Shown here piece by piece: positions 12,351-23,933 of a stretch of DNA of 64,000 bases. Below the pieces are notes generated by a model that saw nothing but the letters and a program-made list of their open reading frames with translations, ran no database searches and had not been told where the DNA came from. The translations under genes and the position numbers were made by a program. Positions within the stretch are counted from its first letter, which is position 1; every line of letters begins with the position of its first letter. The DNA is from Harriotta raleighana (lineage: Eukaryota): NCBI GenBank assembly GCA_050575255.1, contig JBNZDD010013688.1, positions 4,012,463-4,076,462 on the forward strand, given 5' to 3'.

Positions 12351-14569
12351 CATCAGGATTGTTGATGACTTGTAAGAAGTGGCAATGTGTGTTGGTGGAC
12401 AGTGGAGGGCGGTGGCTGCATTATGATGCATCATTTTTCAACACAAATAATTTAATAGTCGTATGCAGTAAATATGTCTGTCCATTAAACAAGCGTATCT
12501 TCCTTTTAAAAACTACAGCAAAAATTAGATTCCCAAACAAGTTTTGTTTTCCCTTCCAAGGATAAGGTCAAACATTGCGAGCAATTTATAAACCAAAGTG
12601 CAATTATTTTTGTAGGCTTGCAGTAAACCCTAAGATAACAGCAAATTTATTTATTCTGACAGCTAAGAGGATCCAACATTGAAGGACTGATCTAGGATAA
12701 GGTGCCGTGGCTTTATCTTTGAGAAATTGACAAATACTTGTTTCAATTACATTTCTTTTGAAAGGATCAAGGTGACTGGTGTGCAAAGTCCCACTATCAT
12801 CAGTGAGTAGGCTGCGATGCTACAGTTTCAGCACATAAGCTTCTAGCACCTCAGTAAACATCAGAGGAAAATAACTTTAAAAAAACAGTAGCCTCACTGG
12901 TGTTTTACATTACTTGTTCAGCTGGAAATTGCTAGCTGTTCTTATTTGGTCTCTGTCAAGGTTATAGATAGATAATTCAGACATTCACAGGTTGTGTTTG
13001 TTGCATATCACTTTTTTTTTGCTGTATTCCTGCTATGAGTATGTGTTTTATTTGGTCGTGCAACTGTTAATTATTTTCCGCTCCTTATTGTCTTAAGTGC
13101 CACATTTTCCAATGATTTCAAGTCAGTAACATTTTCATGTTAATCAATGTTATCTACCCAGATTGACAGAAAATATATCCGTTTTTAATTAATATTTGCA
13201 ACATATGACAGATATCTTAACCGCTTGATCAATTTAGACAATTTCATATTTGGATACTGTAGTTTTACACTTTTGGGTTAATTGACAGTGATGTTTCTTT
13301 TATTAATAATAATAATTATATTTGAGTTGCATACAGAATGCCTTATCACATCATTAATTTGTCTTATAGCATTTTACAGGATATACTGTAAAATGGAGTG
13401 ACTTTATTTTATGGATGAAATTTTGATCTGATGTGAAAAGGAGCAGGCATCTTCGAATCACCAGAGAATCATCTGAGCTGTTGAAGGTCTCTTCTGCTCC
13501 CTCCAGATGCCACAGCCTCTCCTGTTAACTGAAAGCCCAGCATCAGCCTTTGTTTTTCTGTAGGTGCACAGGGTTTCACACACTTGTTTCTGACTGACTG
13601 TTGGCTAAATAAATACTGTAAATCCGAGAAAAAAAATTGTGCAGTATTCTAAACCAACTCCCAGCCTCTTCTTATTTTTGTATGATGCATAAGTCCGTAT
13701 ATTACTTCACATCAATGAAACACTCATCTAGTAATGTACGTTGTGCACTTGCTTGGGCAGAAAAAAATCCAGAAAGTTACTGACATTTTCGAATGAAAAG
13801 AGTGCAGCTTCACAGTAAACGTCATTGCTTCTACTTGAGCATCTCTCACAGTGCATTGGGCAGCATCATATAAACATAGCATAAGAGCTGCTTGTCTACA
13901 ATGCTCTTTGAACAAAGGCAGTCAATGCCCTCAAGAGTTAAAGAAGTTTCAACTGTGTGAAGCCGAGACAATTGAATCAAGCACATCAACAAAAAAGCTC
14001 TGTTGGAGTGTATGCCAAGTGCCTTTTAGAATGGTGGTCAATGCTATGAATTCTTCATTGCTGAAAACGGAAAGGAGCAAAGGGCACCCACTGGGACGTT
14101 GACTTAGACTTTGCCAGGCATAACAATCATTCTAACAAGGTTTCTTGAAACAGTACCATGGGGAACCATTTAAATGTGAAAAAAAGAGAGAACTCCTTTC
14201 TGACAAATGCTAATTCAGGTCATCACTAGCTTGCAATATATAAAAACAAATTGTCATGGGCACAAAGCAGCCATCATCAAGCTTTGAACCAGGGAGAATG
14301 AAGTAAAATAAAACCGTGTCGAAATAAAACGTAGCTGCCTTTAACCCCAAGGTGAGAAAAAAGATGTTTATTATGTGCGTTGGGTACATCTATTTGTTTC
14401 TAAAGATAATGCAGAACCCCAGACTCAGAAATTCTGATCTGCCTGGTGATAAAACAGCTATTTCTGTAAACAAGACCAAGCATTAAATAATTCCAACTAT
14501 AATGCTTTCCTATAAATCGATGAGCATGGAAGACGAGACACTGAAAACACTGAACTCAATTGAGAAGGT

Positions 14570-14900
14570 TAGCCATTTTTCTTGAATCCTATTACCAAGC
14601 TGTTCTAACTCTTTTACCATAAGGATCCTTGAGCTTACCTTCTTTGATTTACCAAGCAGGTGGAATAATATTTCACTCTATGATCTGAAAACCTTTCAGA
14701 ATTTTGAAGATTTCTATTAGATCCCCTCTTAACCTTCTCAATTCCAGTGAAAATGACCCAATCTTTCGAACTTATCATCGTGACTATAAATACTCATGCC
14801 TGGTATCATTGTGTGAATCTACACTGTAACCTTTCCATGGTTCTGATGTGCGTTCTGTAATGGGAAGCCCAGAACTGACAGTGCTCGAAACTGCTATCCT
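14570..14900 (-). mobile_element. CR1 LINE RT C-terminal fragment, degenerate
   Basis: The minus strand gives EHCQFWASHYRTHIRTMERLQCRFT... and RRLRGDLIEIFKILKGF, typical CR1 ORF2 motifs. Confidence 0.85.
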
Positions 14901-15347
14901 GAAGCATTTGGAAGTTGTACTGTTCAACATGAAATGAGTAATTTGAAAGATGAATGGTAACGGGGTAACACTGTGCTGGCTCAAGTACTGAAAGGAATTG
15001 CAGTGATCCTTGTGAGTGCGTCTTCATCATTGTAATATCACCTTTGGCTTGCCATGTTAATGGAGTCAGCAATATTATATGGCTATTCCATGCAGAGAAA
15101 CATTTCATCAGGCAAATCATCCGAATAAGATAAGTGAAAAATCCTACTTATGAATTTTTCTTTGACAGAAAAGGAAAGATTCAGCTGATTAGCTCAATGG
15201 ACTGACTGAATAAAGTCCTTTAAAATTCTGATGATTCTAAGATGTATCTGATTATTTACTGTTTGAACAAACCCTACACTGTGACAAGAAAACAATACTC
15301 TTTGTATGGAATGGTATTTTAACGTTTGGTAGATTTACAAAATTCAC

Positions 15348-15460
15348 GTTTTGCCTACAAAATACACAGTCAATTCTTTTTACAGTATATCTGTGAAGCT
15401 CTTTGAGACATCTCGAAAACGTGATAAGGCGCTATATCAAATGCAAGGATTATTATTATT
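15348..15460 (+). mobile_element. SINE family A tail
   Basis: cagtcaattc...gtgaagctctttgagacatctcgaaaacgtgataaggcgctatatcaaatgcaaggattattattatt. Confidence 0.85.
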
Positions 15461-15509
15461 GATATAAATGTTTTATTTTGTAGCTTAGGACTCTGAGCCT
15501 ATTTGTAAT

Positions 15510-16918
15510 AGAGCCTATTTCTCTCGGCATTGGCTGTCCAGCAGCAGCCACACTGACTGCCCCATTCCACACCACTGCCGCAAGCCACACCGGTCGCACA
15601 CCCGGGGGGCTAACCTCTCCTCCCTTATCCCCATCCCCACTACCCCAGTTGCCAAATCCGGTCCCTCCTCCCTGCCTTCACATCCCTCTGCCAATTGTTC
15701 CCTCCACATTGGACTCCAAAATGTCCGCTCCCTCTGCAATAAGGCCCTGGTCATCAACGATCTCATCCTCGATGAGAATGTTGACATCCTGGCCTTAACG
15801 GAAACCTGGCTCACCCCAGGTGACACCCTCCCCCTTACGGAGGCCACACCACCCAGCTACACCGCCCACCACATCCCTCGGCCCAACCGCCGTGGCGGTG
15901 GTGTAGCCCTTATCTCAAGGACACCACTTGCCCTATCCCCCTACTCCTCCGGCTCCTTCCCCTCTTTTGAGCACCTCACCCTCTCACACCCCTCCCATCT
16001 CTCACTCAAAATCCTCCTCCTTTACCGGCCCCCTAAAACCTCTCCCACCTTCATCTCTGACATTTCTACACTCCTAACATCTCTCTGCATCTGCACTGAT
16101 CGCCTCATCATCCTGGGCGACTTCAACCTGCACTTCACCCCCTCCTGCTCCACCTCCTCTGACTTTTCCTCCCTCCTCTCCTCGCTCAACCTCTCCCTCC
16201 ACATCAACTCCGCCACTCATGTCCACGGCCACCCACTCGATCTGGTGATCACCCGGGGCCTCAATGTCTCGGATGTCACCATTACCGACAAGGCTGTCTC
16301 TGACCATCACTTCATCTCCATCACAACCTNNNNNNNNNNNNNNNNNNNNNNNNNNNNNNNNNNNNNNNNNNNNNNNNNNNNNNNNNNNNNNNNNNNNNNN
16401 NNNNNNNNNNNNNNNNNNNNNNNNNNNNNNNNNNNNNNNNNNNNNNNNNNNNNNNNNNNNNNNNNNNNNNNNNNNNNNNNNNNNNNNNNNNNNNNNNNNN
16501 NNNNNNNNNNNNNNNNNNNNNNNNNNNNNNNNNNNNNNNNNNNNNNNNNNNNNNNNNNNNNNNNNNNNNNNNNNNNNNNNNNNNNNNNNNNNNNNNNNNN
16601 NNNNNNNNNNNNNNNNNNNNNNNNNNNNNNNNNNNNNNNNNNNNNNNNNNNNNNNNNNNNNNNNNNNNNNNNNNNNNNNNNNNNNNNNNNNNNNNNNNNN
16701 NNNNNNNNNNNNNNNNNNNNNNNNNNNNNNNNNNNNNNNNNNNNNNNNNNNNNNNNNNNNNNNNNNNNNNNNNNNNNNNNNNNNNNNNNNNCCCCCCCCC
16801 CCCCCCCTCGCCCTGAACATTTTCCCCTGCTCGGGTCCTAAACCAACTGTCCAGTGCCTTGGGACGTCCTCCTGACGTGAAACGCGCTCTATAAATGTAA
16901 TTTTGTTGTTGTTGTTGT
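15510..16918 (+). mobile_element. Young L2-clade LINE: open apurinic-like endonuclease frame (15510-16329), assembly gap, then L2 3' tail
   Basis: A stop-free frame encodes LQNVRSL...DILALTETWL...RRGGGVA...LYRPP...ILGDFNLH...THVHGHPLDLV...SDHHFI, the full APE motif set. The tail at 16792-16918 has the L2 stem-loop and (TTG)n. Confidence 0.92.
16330..16791. other. Assembly gap (462 N)
   Basis: Run of N. Confidence 1.
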
Positions 16919-17637
16919 AACATTCAAAGTATGCAAATTGATGAGAAAAAAACCTACTGCAAACAAGTACTGTACCAATCTTTGCATCATAGTATTGCTT
17001 TCAGCTTTTAGTGAAAAGTGCAAAAATTGTATTTAGCAGATGATGAACTAGATAAGTTGAGCGTGTCATTTAAAGCGTACATCATTTATATTTGATTTTC
17101 TGACTTACTGGAGTTAATATATTCTGGTGACAGAATTTCAAATCAATCAATTATTTGTCAATAATCGTGCAACATAATTTTATAACAACATGTAGTTTGC
17201 TGCAAACGCTATTAGACATCTCTGACGAGAAGTATGTTAGCAGCCAACATCTTCTGTGTGCAAATAACTGACCCTAGCAAACATATTTTATCAGCAGCAA
17301 CACATTTTATTTATGCTTGGTGCCACAGACTCGTTCAACTCTCTGTATTCATTCAGAAGGTTATTAATTCAGTTTCCTACAATTAGAGTGGCTTCACGTA
17401 AACACTCATTATTTCATTTTGAAAGGGGCTCTGCTACTCACAGGTTGTACACATTTCCCCAGGAGATCTATGTTTGTGTTCATCAAATATCTTATCAATG
17501 TGAATAAAATACATAAAATACTGTGCTCTCAGCAATTCCGATTATTCTTTTTTTTAACAAAAGGTTGAAGGCTTTGTTTCACCTCTTCTCTTACACTGTT
17601 TTCTTAGCTAAGATGTCAATGTTGTAGCCTTTATACA

Positions 17638-17860
17638 TTACCAATGGTGGGGCGGGCTTTTAGCCTCTCTACCCTCACCCTCTGGAACTCCTTCCCACAG
17701 TCCCTCAGCCTCCCTTGCCTCCTTCAAGGCCCATCTCAATACCCTCCTCTTTGACCGTGCCTTTGGTCACCCTCCTACCCAACTGATCCCAACTACCAGC
17801 TTGGGTGAGGATGCCTTGGAACATTCCACTGACATGAAAGATGCTGTACAAATGTAATAG
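17638..17860 (+). mobile_element. L2 3' end
   Basis: ggcgggcttttagcctctctaccctcaccctctggaactcc...ccttcaaggcccatctcaa, followed by the stem-loop tail. Confidence 0.8.
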
Positions 17861-18409
17861 GTCACTGTGTTGTATAGTACTCTGCTTTGAAGTGGAAGAG
17901 CTGCTCGACGTTACTCTCCTCCCTTCCTTCGCACTTACTATCTGATGTGCTATCACTGTTCCACAGTGTGTTGATACAACATTTCTACTCGGAAGAAGCT
18001 ATTCTTGTAATAAATTTATTTTATCTGTTTTCTGCCTTAACCATCCGTTATCCTGTTTACACTGTGTATCTTGACACCAGAGCATACCAGGTATCTGCAG
18101 ATTAATTATTCAATTTCAGTACATGTTGTGTTCTGGAAGCACATCACCTCTGTTATCACGAGCCTAGCGCCTTTGCTTCTCTGAGATCTGGCAAGGTGGT
18201 TCACAGTGATCAGTCTCAAACAGCAATTATGGAGTGTGAGAACGTAAGCAAAAAGGCTATGCCACTACCTTACTAATTATACAGACAGGTAAAATCGCTT
18301 CAACTTGTTGCTTCTGTGCACATTTTGAAGTCATCCAAATTGGATTATATTTTAAACACAAATGCCATACGGCTTGGCGTTGAGAGGAGTGAGCGGAGCA
18401 TATTATCAT

Positions 18410-18655
18410 AATCACGACAAAATTACATTTGTTTAGCGCCATTCATGTCGGGAAGACACCCCAAAGCATTGGACAATGGTGGGATGAGCGAGATGGATGG
18501 AAGTGTAGAGGCCAGAGCCCGCTGAGTGGAGCAGGCAGGTTGGTAGGGTGTTAGGAGGTTGCAGAGGTAGTGGGGAGCAAGGTCATAGAGGGCTTTGAAG
18601 GTGAGGACCAGGATCTTGAACTGTATCCTCTGTGCGATAGAAAGCCAGTGGAGTC
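18410..18655 (-). mobile_element. Internally deleted L2 3' fragment
   Basis: Tail joined to RT sequence (minus strand LHWL...IQFKILVLTFKALYDLAPHYL). Confidence 0.8.
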
Positions 18656-19859
18656 TGCTTTATCAGCCCATCGAGTTGTGTAGAAGATGAATAACCTGCA
18701 TTTATCTTTAAGACTCTCTCAACCTCATATCAGTAGCAATTCCATATCTTCTCAGCACAGCCTAATCCAAGCAGAAGCCTGTGTTATTTCAGCATTGTGG
18801 AGAAGCAATTAATATCTACAGCGCTATTAATCTTTCTTTTCTAGATGGATAACTTTTTTCAAGTAACAATCCGTTGAAAATGTAATAGACCACCAAACTT
18901 TGTAACTGCCTTTTACTAAGTCAATCCGTGTATTGATTTTTATTTAAAAAGAATTGAATCCTAATTGTTTTGGCAACTTTTGAAATCTATGAAATGCAAC
19001 TTGTATGCAGCAGCCTTTTTAGGTCAATCGGAACATATAATCAACTGTATCTCTCTGTTGTATACTATTAATTCAAGCAATTTTGGGGCTCACAATCCAT
19101 TATGTTAAGAGTTAATAATTATTTTCTGTGGATTAATATAGAAGATTTGATAGAGACTGCTGGATGGGTGGCAACTTTTAATGATCATATTATTGTCATT
19201 TGGAAAGTCTGCTGGTAATTTTAATTCTGAAAACAAACGGATTATAATTTCTGAAACCAACTTGAGCCAGAAAGATTCTAACCATTATCTACATACAAAT
19301 GGATCTGCAAGCTTTATAAAGGGGATCTGTATTACCTTTCATCCCATTTTAAGCATCTTAACTCTTTCAGGATTAAGAAACGTGAGGCTTGAGAGTGATA
19401 TTTGAAATGTAGCCCTTTTTGAATAGTGATGGAGCACCCTTTTTGAATAGTAATGCATCACATTTTAGTTTTAACACCAAGCAATGTGGCGAGGTTAATT
19501 ACTTCATTATTGTAGTGGATTAGTGAAGTACTTGAGCAGGTCCAAAGCCTTTCAGCTCTAGGGACATCATTTGACTATTGATCCTGTAGATCTCTGCTGT
19601 CTTACAGGTGTCAATAGTTACCCTGCGATATTGTGCGCAGAAAGCGGATGCCATAAGGACAACACTAATCGATTTTGTTTTGCTGATCTCAGCTCTGCTT
19701 TTGTTGTGATCATTAGAGAAAATTAGATTATGCATATATTTCAGTTTGATTTCTTCACCAGAGTACTGAGTATATTTGACTACCTTTCTGCAGATAATTT
19801 AAGTGATAGAATGCCATTGATTCAAAGCTTTCTGTGTGTCCTAAGCAAACAGATGAGAT

Positions 19860-19883
19860 GGGGGGGGGGGGGGGGGNGGGGGG
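19860..19883. repeat. Poly-G run containing a single N at 19877
   Basis: Read directly from the sequence. Confidence 0.9.
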
Positions 19884-20014
19884 CGGAAAAGGATTTTATT
19901 TCAATCGATGGTTGCAGTTCAAAGATAAATTCTAGTTTGCCGCACTACCCAAAGTCCAGTTTTCTTTGAACTTCTCAGCTTATAGATCAGTAACTGCTTT
20001 ATTCCACCTTTTCA

Positions 20015-20220
20015 GCTGTTAGCGTTCTTGACTCTGAGTCAGAAAGCTATGGGTTCAATCGAGCCCCACATCAGGAATTTGAACTCACAGTCTAGGCTGA
20101 CACTTCAGTGCAGTGGTGGGGGAGCTCCACATTGTCACAGATAGTATCATTGAAATGAGATGCTGAACTGACCTCCTGCCTGCATGTTTAGGAGGATGTT
20201 AACATTCCTATAGCATTATT
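20015..20220 (+). mobile_element. SacSINE1-like SINE 5' half (tRNA-like head)
   Basis: ctctgagtcagaaagctatgggttcaa...tctaggctgacacttcagtgcagt..., homologous to 34690-34900. Confidence 0.7.
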
Positions 20221-20544
20221 ATTATACATTTAATACTGAGAACTGACTGGATGATGGTCAGATCTTGTGACGGTTGGTGAAGGGCTCTTATTCTGATTTT
20301 TACACCTCGCTATGCAGTAGCAGGAAACGGCATGTGAGTAGCATGGCAGGAACGGATTTACCTTGGACCACTCTGCCCTGCCTAGCAGTTGGCCCCGTCA
20401 GCGACACAGATCTGGTTAGGCAATGTTCGAGGGATAAAAAGCCCCCAACAAGATAGATGATTTAAGATTTGACGTGATTTATTTGGTAGGAAAGAAGACA
20501 AGATGCCTTGGTGAGGAATTTGAACAACTGCTGATTTTCTAAGA

Positions 20545-20612
20545 CACAACAACAAAGAAATTACACTTATAGAGCGCCTTTCATGTCGGGAGGACATCCC
20601 AAGGTGCAACAG
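20545..20612 (-). mobile_element. L2 3' tail fragment
   Basis: agcgcctttcatgtcgggaggacatcccaaggtgc. Confidence 0.75.
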
Positions 20613-21229
20613 CGAAAATAGATACATTTGGTCACTACATAAGCTGACAAAATATTGAGTGATTTGCATGTTGGCTTTCACAGTGTGAATGCCATCAGTG
20701 GAGTCACAGTTTGACAAAAGAATGCTATCCCAGCTGGAACAACTTGCATTTATAGAGTGCTCATTATGCAGGGTGGTACCTTGGAGAGCTGAGACTAAAA
20801 TGTGATGAATGCAGGAGAGAGACTGACTGAGGACCATGTGATAGTTGGAAAGGAAATACCTTGCAAAAAAAATTTAACATTTAAAACGGAGTACTAAATT
20901 GATCTTTAAGCACCAACAGAAGGTTATCCGCAAAGCATTCACATCAATTTCTAGCTCCCAGTCAGTGATTTATGGATTTCAGTGTCTAATCTGTTACAGG
21001 ATTGATCCTGTGAAATTATATGGTTGAATGTGCTGCTTTCTTCCATTATCCCATAAGTCTGTGTGCTACCTATTGAATCGATTGCCTAATAGCAGTGGAA
21101 TAATGGTGTGTTAGCAAACAGTCAGCTTATTCATCTGCTAACATGGTTTTAAACTTTCGCAGAGAACAGAAAGTTTATGAAACCCTGATTAGATTGTAAA
21201 CCAATGCTCAAAAAGCCACGGATGGAAAA

Positions 21230-21585
21230 GGTTGCATTTTAATAGTGCCAATCGCATCAGTGTCTCAAATAGTTTCAGAATAATTACTGTTAAGTGCAGC
21301 AGTCACCGTTTCTATTGGCGTTTGCAGCAAATCAGTTTTTTCATTTTGAAAGCCATGGACACAGCTATGATAAGATGATTTGAAGGATTCTTGGCCGGGA
21401 TACTGAGAGAATTTTTTTTGTGCTCTTCCAAGTGTTTGATGGGGTACTTAACTTCTGCAGAATCTCAGTTCAGTGTCTCATCTAAAAGATGGCATTTCTG
21501 ATATTGCAGAGATTATCATTGGAGTGTGGTTGAATTGCAACCTCCCGATCCTAAAGCAAACATATTATCAACTGAGCCAGGCTGA
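21230..21585 (-). mobile_element. Old SacSINE1-like SINE, degraded
   Basis: Reverse matches to ttggccgggatact..., tctcatctaaaagatggca and ctgagcca. Confidence 0.55.
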
Positions 21586-21867
21586 CTTGTCTGGATATCC
21601 AATTTTTTTGTGTCTCTAAAAGCACCTATTGACTTCAACATTGAATCCAGAGAAAGGTGACACATGAGCAAAGTGCACTATCTGCTTTTGTGGGATGCTG
21701 TATTTGCACCAATACGTCTTGACATTGTGTTCAAAACTTATTAAGGATATGGCAATGTGAGAGGTTGTCTTCTTTTGCCCCCCTTGACCCACCTTTACCC
21801 TTTGTTCCTTCATTGCCATTCACCCGTGCACTCACTTTACTCTTCCTCTGCCCTCAAAATGCCAGCA

Positions 21868-21975
21868 AATTATACAATCAGTTTACTTTACAGTATATTC
21901 TGTGAAGCGTTTTGGGATATCTCGAAGATGTGATAAAGCACTATATCAAATGCAAGGATTATTATTATATTATTA
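21868..21975 (+). mobile_element. SINE family A tail
   Basis: ctttacagtatattctgtgaagcgttttgggatatctcgaagatgtgataaagcactatatcaaatgcaaggattatt. Confidence 0.85.
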
Positions 21976-23687
21976 TACTGAGGTACTACAGTATTCAAGT
22001 TCTCCAGAGTAACATCTCAGCGGTAATAATTTTGATTTGTGAGGCATGATTGGTGCGATTAGTTGTTCACCCCCTTACACACAACACACACGGACGTTTG
22101 TGTGGGAGTGTGGGTTGAGAAATGAATTTGACACTTGGTGTATTTATTTTGAAAGGTCTTTATCTAATAAGTAGCGGCCATACTTAAGACAAATTGAGTA
22201 TTAAGTGGTGCTGAATTAACTGAAGTTTGGCAGCATTATAAGCTGTTGTAGGTTTCTCCTTGCCTTTAAGGGTGGTTGACTTTGAGAGAAGAGACAATAC
22301 GGAAATGAAAAAAAAATTAGAGGATTAAGAGAAGACTTGTCAGCCTACACTTCATTGTACTTTAAACCATATCCTTTCAACTCGAGATGTTTTTAATCTA
22401 ACATTAGATTTAAGCAGCACGCTGGTTTTCTTGTGCACTTTGCCACACTGTAGGATTTGTTGAAACTTTGTGCCCTCATAATATTGACGAAACGTTTTTC
22501 TACAAATAATTGACCTTCGCAAAAAACCAAGACCTCTGTTTTTAGTGTTTGGTGCTCCTGATTAGTTAAATATTTCACAAGAGTTTGTGAATTGGGAGCT
22601 ATGGAATATGTGACAATTCATTTGCATTTTTGTCTGGTATATACAACCTCATCAGAACTAAACCTGTCTTCTAAGCACTGTGCAGCTGCTTAGTCAAGCT
22701 CTAAAGTAATTCCACAACAGTAAATTTCAGTCATAAATTTTTAGCTTGCTGTTGGAAATGGGTATTTCAGCACTAATTTTATTTGCTTTAAGATTAACAC
22801 AACGCATTGCGTGCTGCTCTTTAAGAACAATTTTTTTTTTTTTCCCTCTTCTCTGCTTTTAATGCCAAGCACCTTTCCAGCAATGTGCATGCAGTCTTCC
22901 TTTGGCATTGCTTCAGTCTACAAATTGCTTATTTAACCAAAGCCTTTTTATATTAACACAAAATTGGTGCTTTTTTCTGTTTATAAATAATCAAAACCTT
23001 TTGACTCATCCATTCCAAGATGTGCAGTATGAATCCGAAGAAAGATTCTACCTGAATTTAAAGATTTTTAAATTTCTGTATTCAGTTTACTTTTCCTTCA
23101 TAGTTAAGTGGTCAGAAAATATCATTTTGTTAAATGCCTTTATAAATAACTGAGGAATCTTACTAAAGATTGATATTATCAATGTTTTTCGGGCATTAAT
23201 GATTTATTCGGAAGCATGTGACGAAGATATGAAAAGATTATTTTTGCCCCATTTACCAGAACAAAATTTGCCTGACATTACAGATATCCCAACTGTATAA
23301 ATCTTAGCTTTTAATTGATCGAGTGATGGTACTGTACATGTTAAGTAATGGTGTGTAAGCATGTTTCAGGTAGTCAAAGGCTCCCTATCATAAGGAACAA
23401 ATTAATGCAAGAAAGAAATACAAGTGATTGTAAGTGGTACATTGAATCTGAAATGAATTGAGTCAGGGTAATTGTCTCAATGTGATGTAATTTGATCTGG
23501 ACTATAAGGCAGAAAGGAAGTGTAAGGTAATTAAGTAATGCAGCTCCAATGCACTTGTTCAGGGTTTTGGATTTGAGGCAAACTGAATTTTCTTTATTGT
23601 TATAGGTAACACAAATCATTTTCTGACAGGCACTTACCTCAGAGTAGTGCATTTAAAAAATTAAAAAATTTGCCTTGAGGCGCTCTA

Positions 23688-23933
23688 CGTGTTTGTGTGT
23701 GCTTATGTATGTGTGTGTTGTGCGTGTGTGTGCATGCTAATGTATGTGTGTGTGTGTGTTATATGTGTGTGGTGTGTGTGTGTGTGTGCTTATGTATGTG
23801 TGGTGTGTGTGCGTGCTTGTGTGTGTTGTGTATGTGTGTGTTTTGTGTGTGTGTTGTGTATGTGTGTTTTGTACGTGTGTGTGCATGCTTATGTATATGT
23901 GTGTGTTGTGTATGCATGTGTGTGCATGCGTGT
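23688..23933. repeat. Degenerate (TG)n microsatellite with a higher-order gcttatgtatgtgtg unit
   Basis: Read directly from the sequence; it explains the Cys/Val-rich and His/Thr-rich pseudo-ORFs. Confidence 0.95.

Noticed and set aside
16074-16923. ORFs of 198-248 aa
   Set aside because: Artefacts of translating through the N gap.
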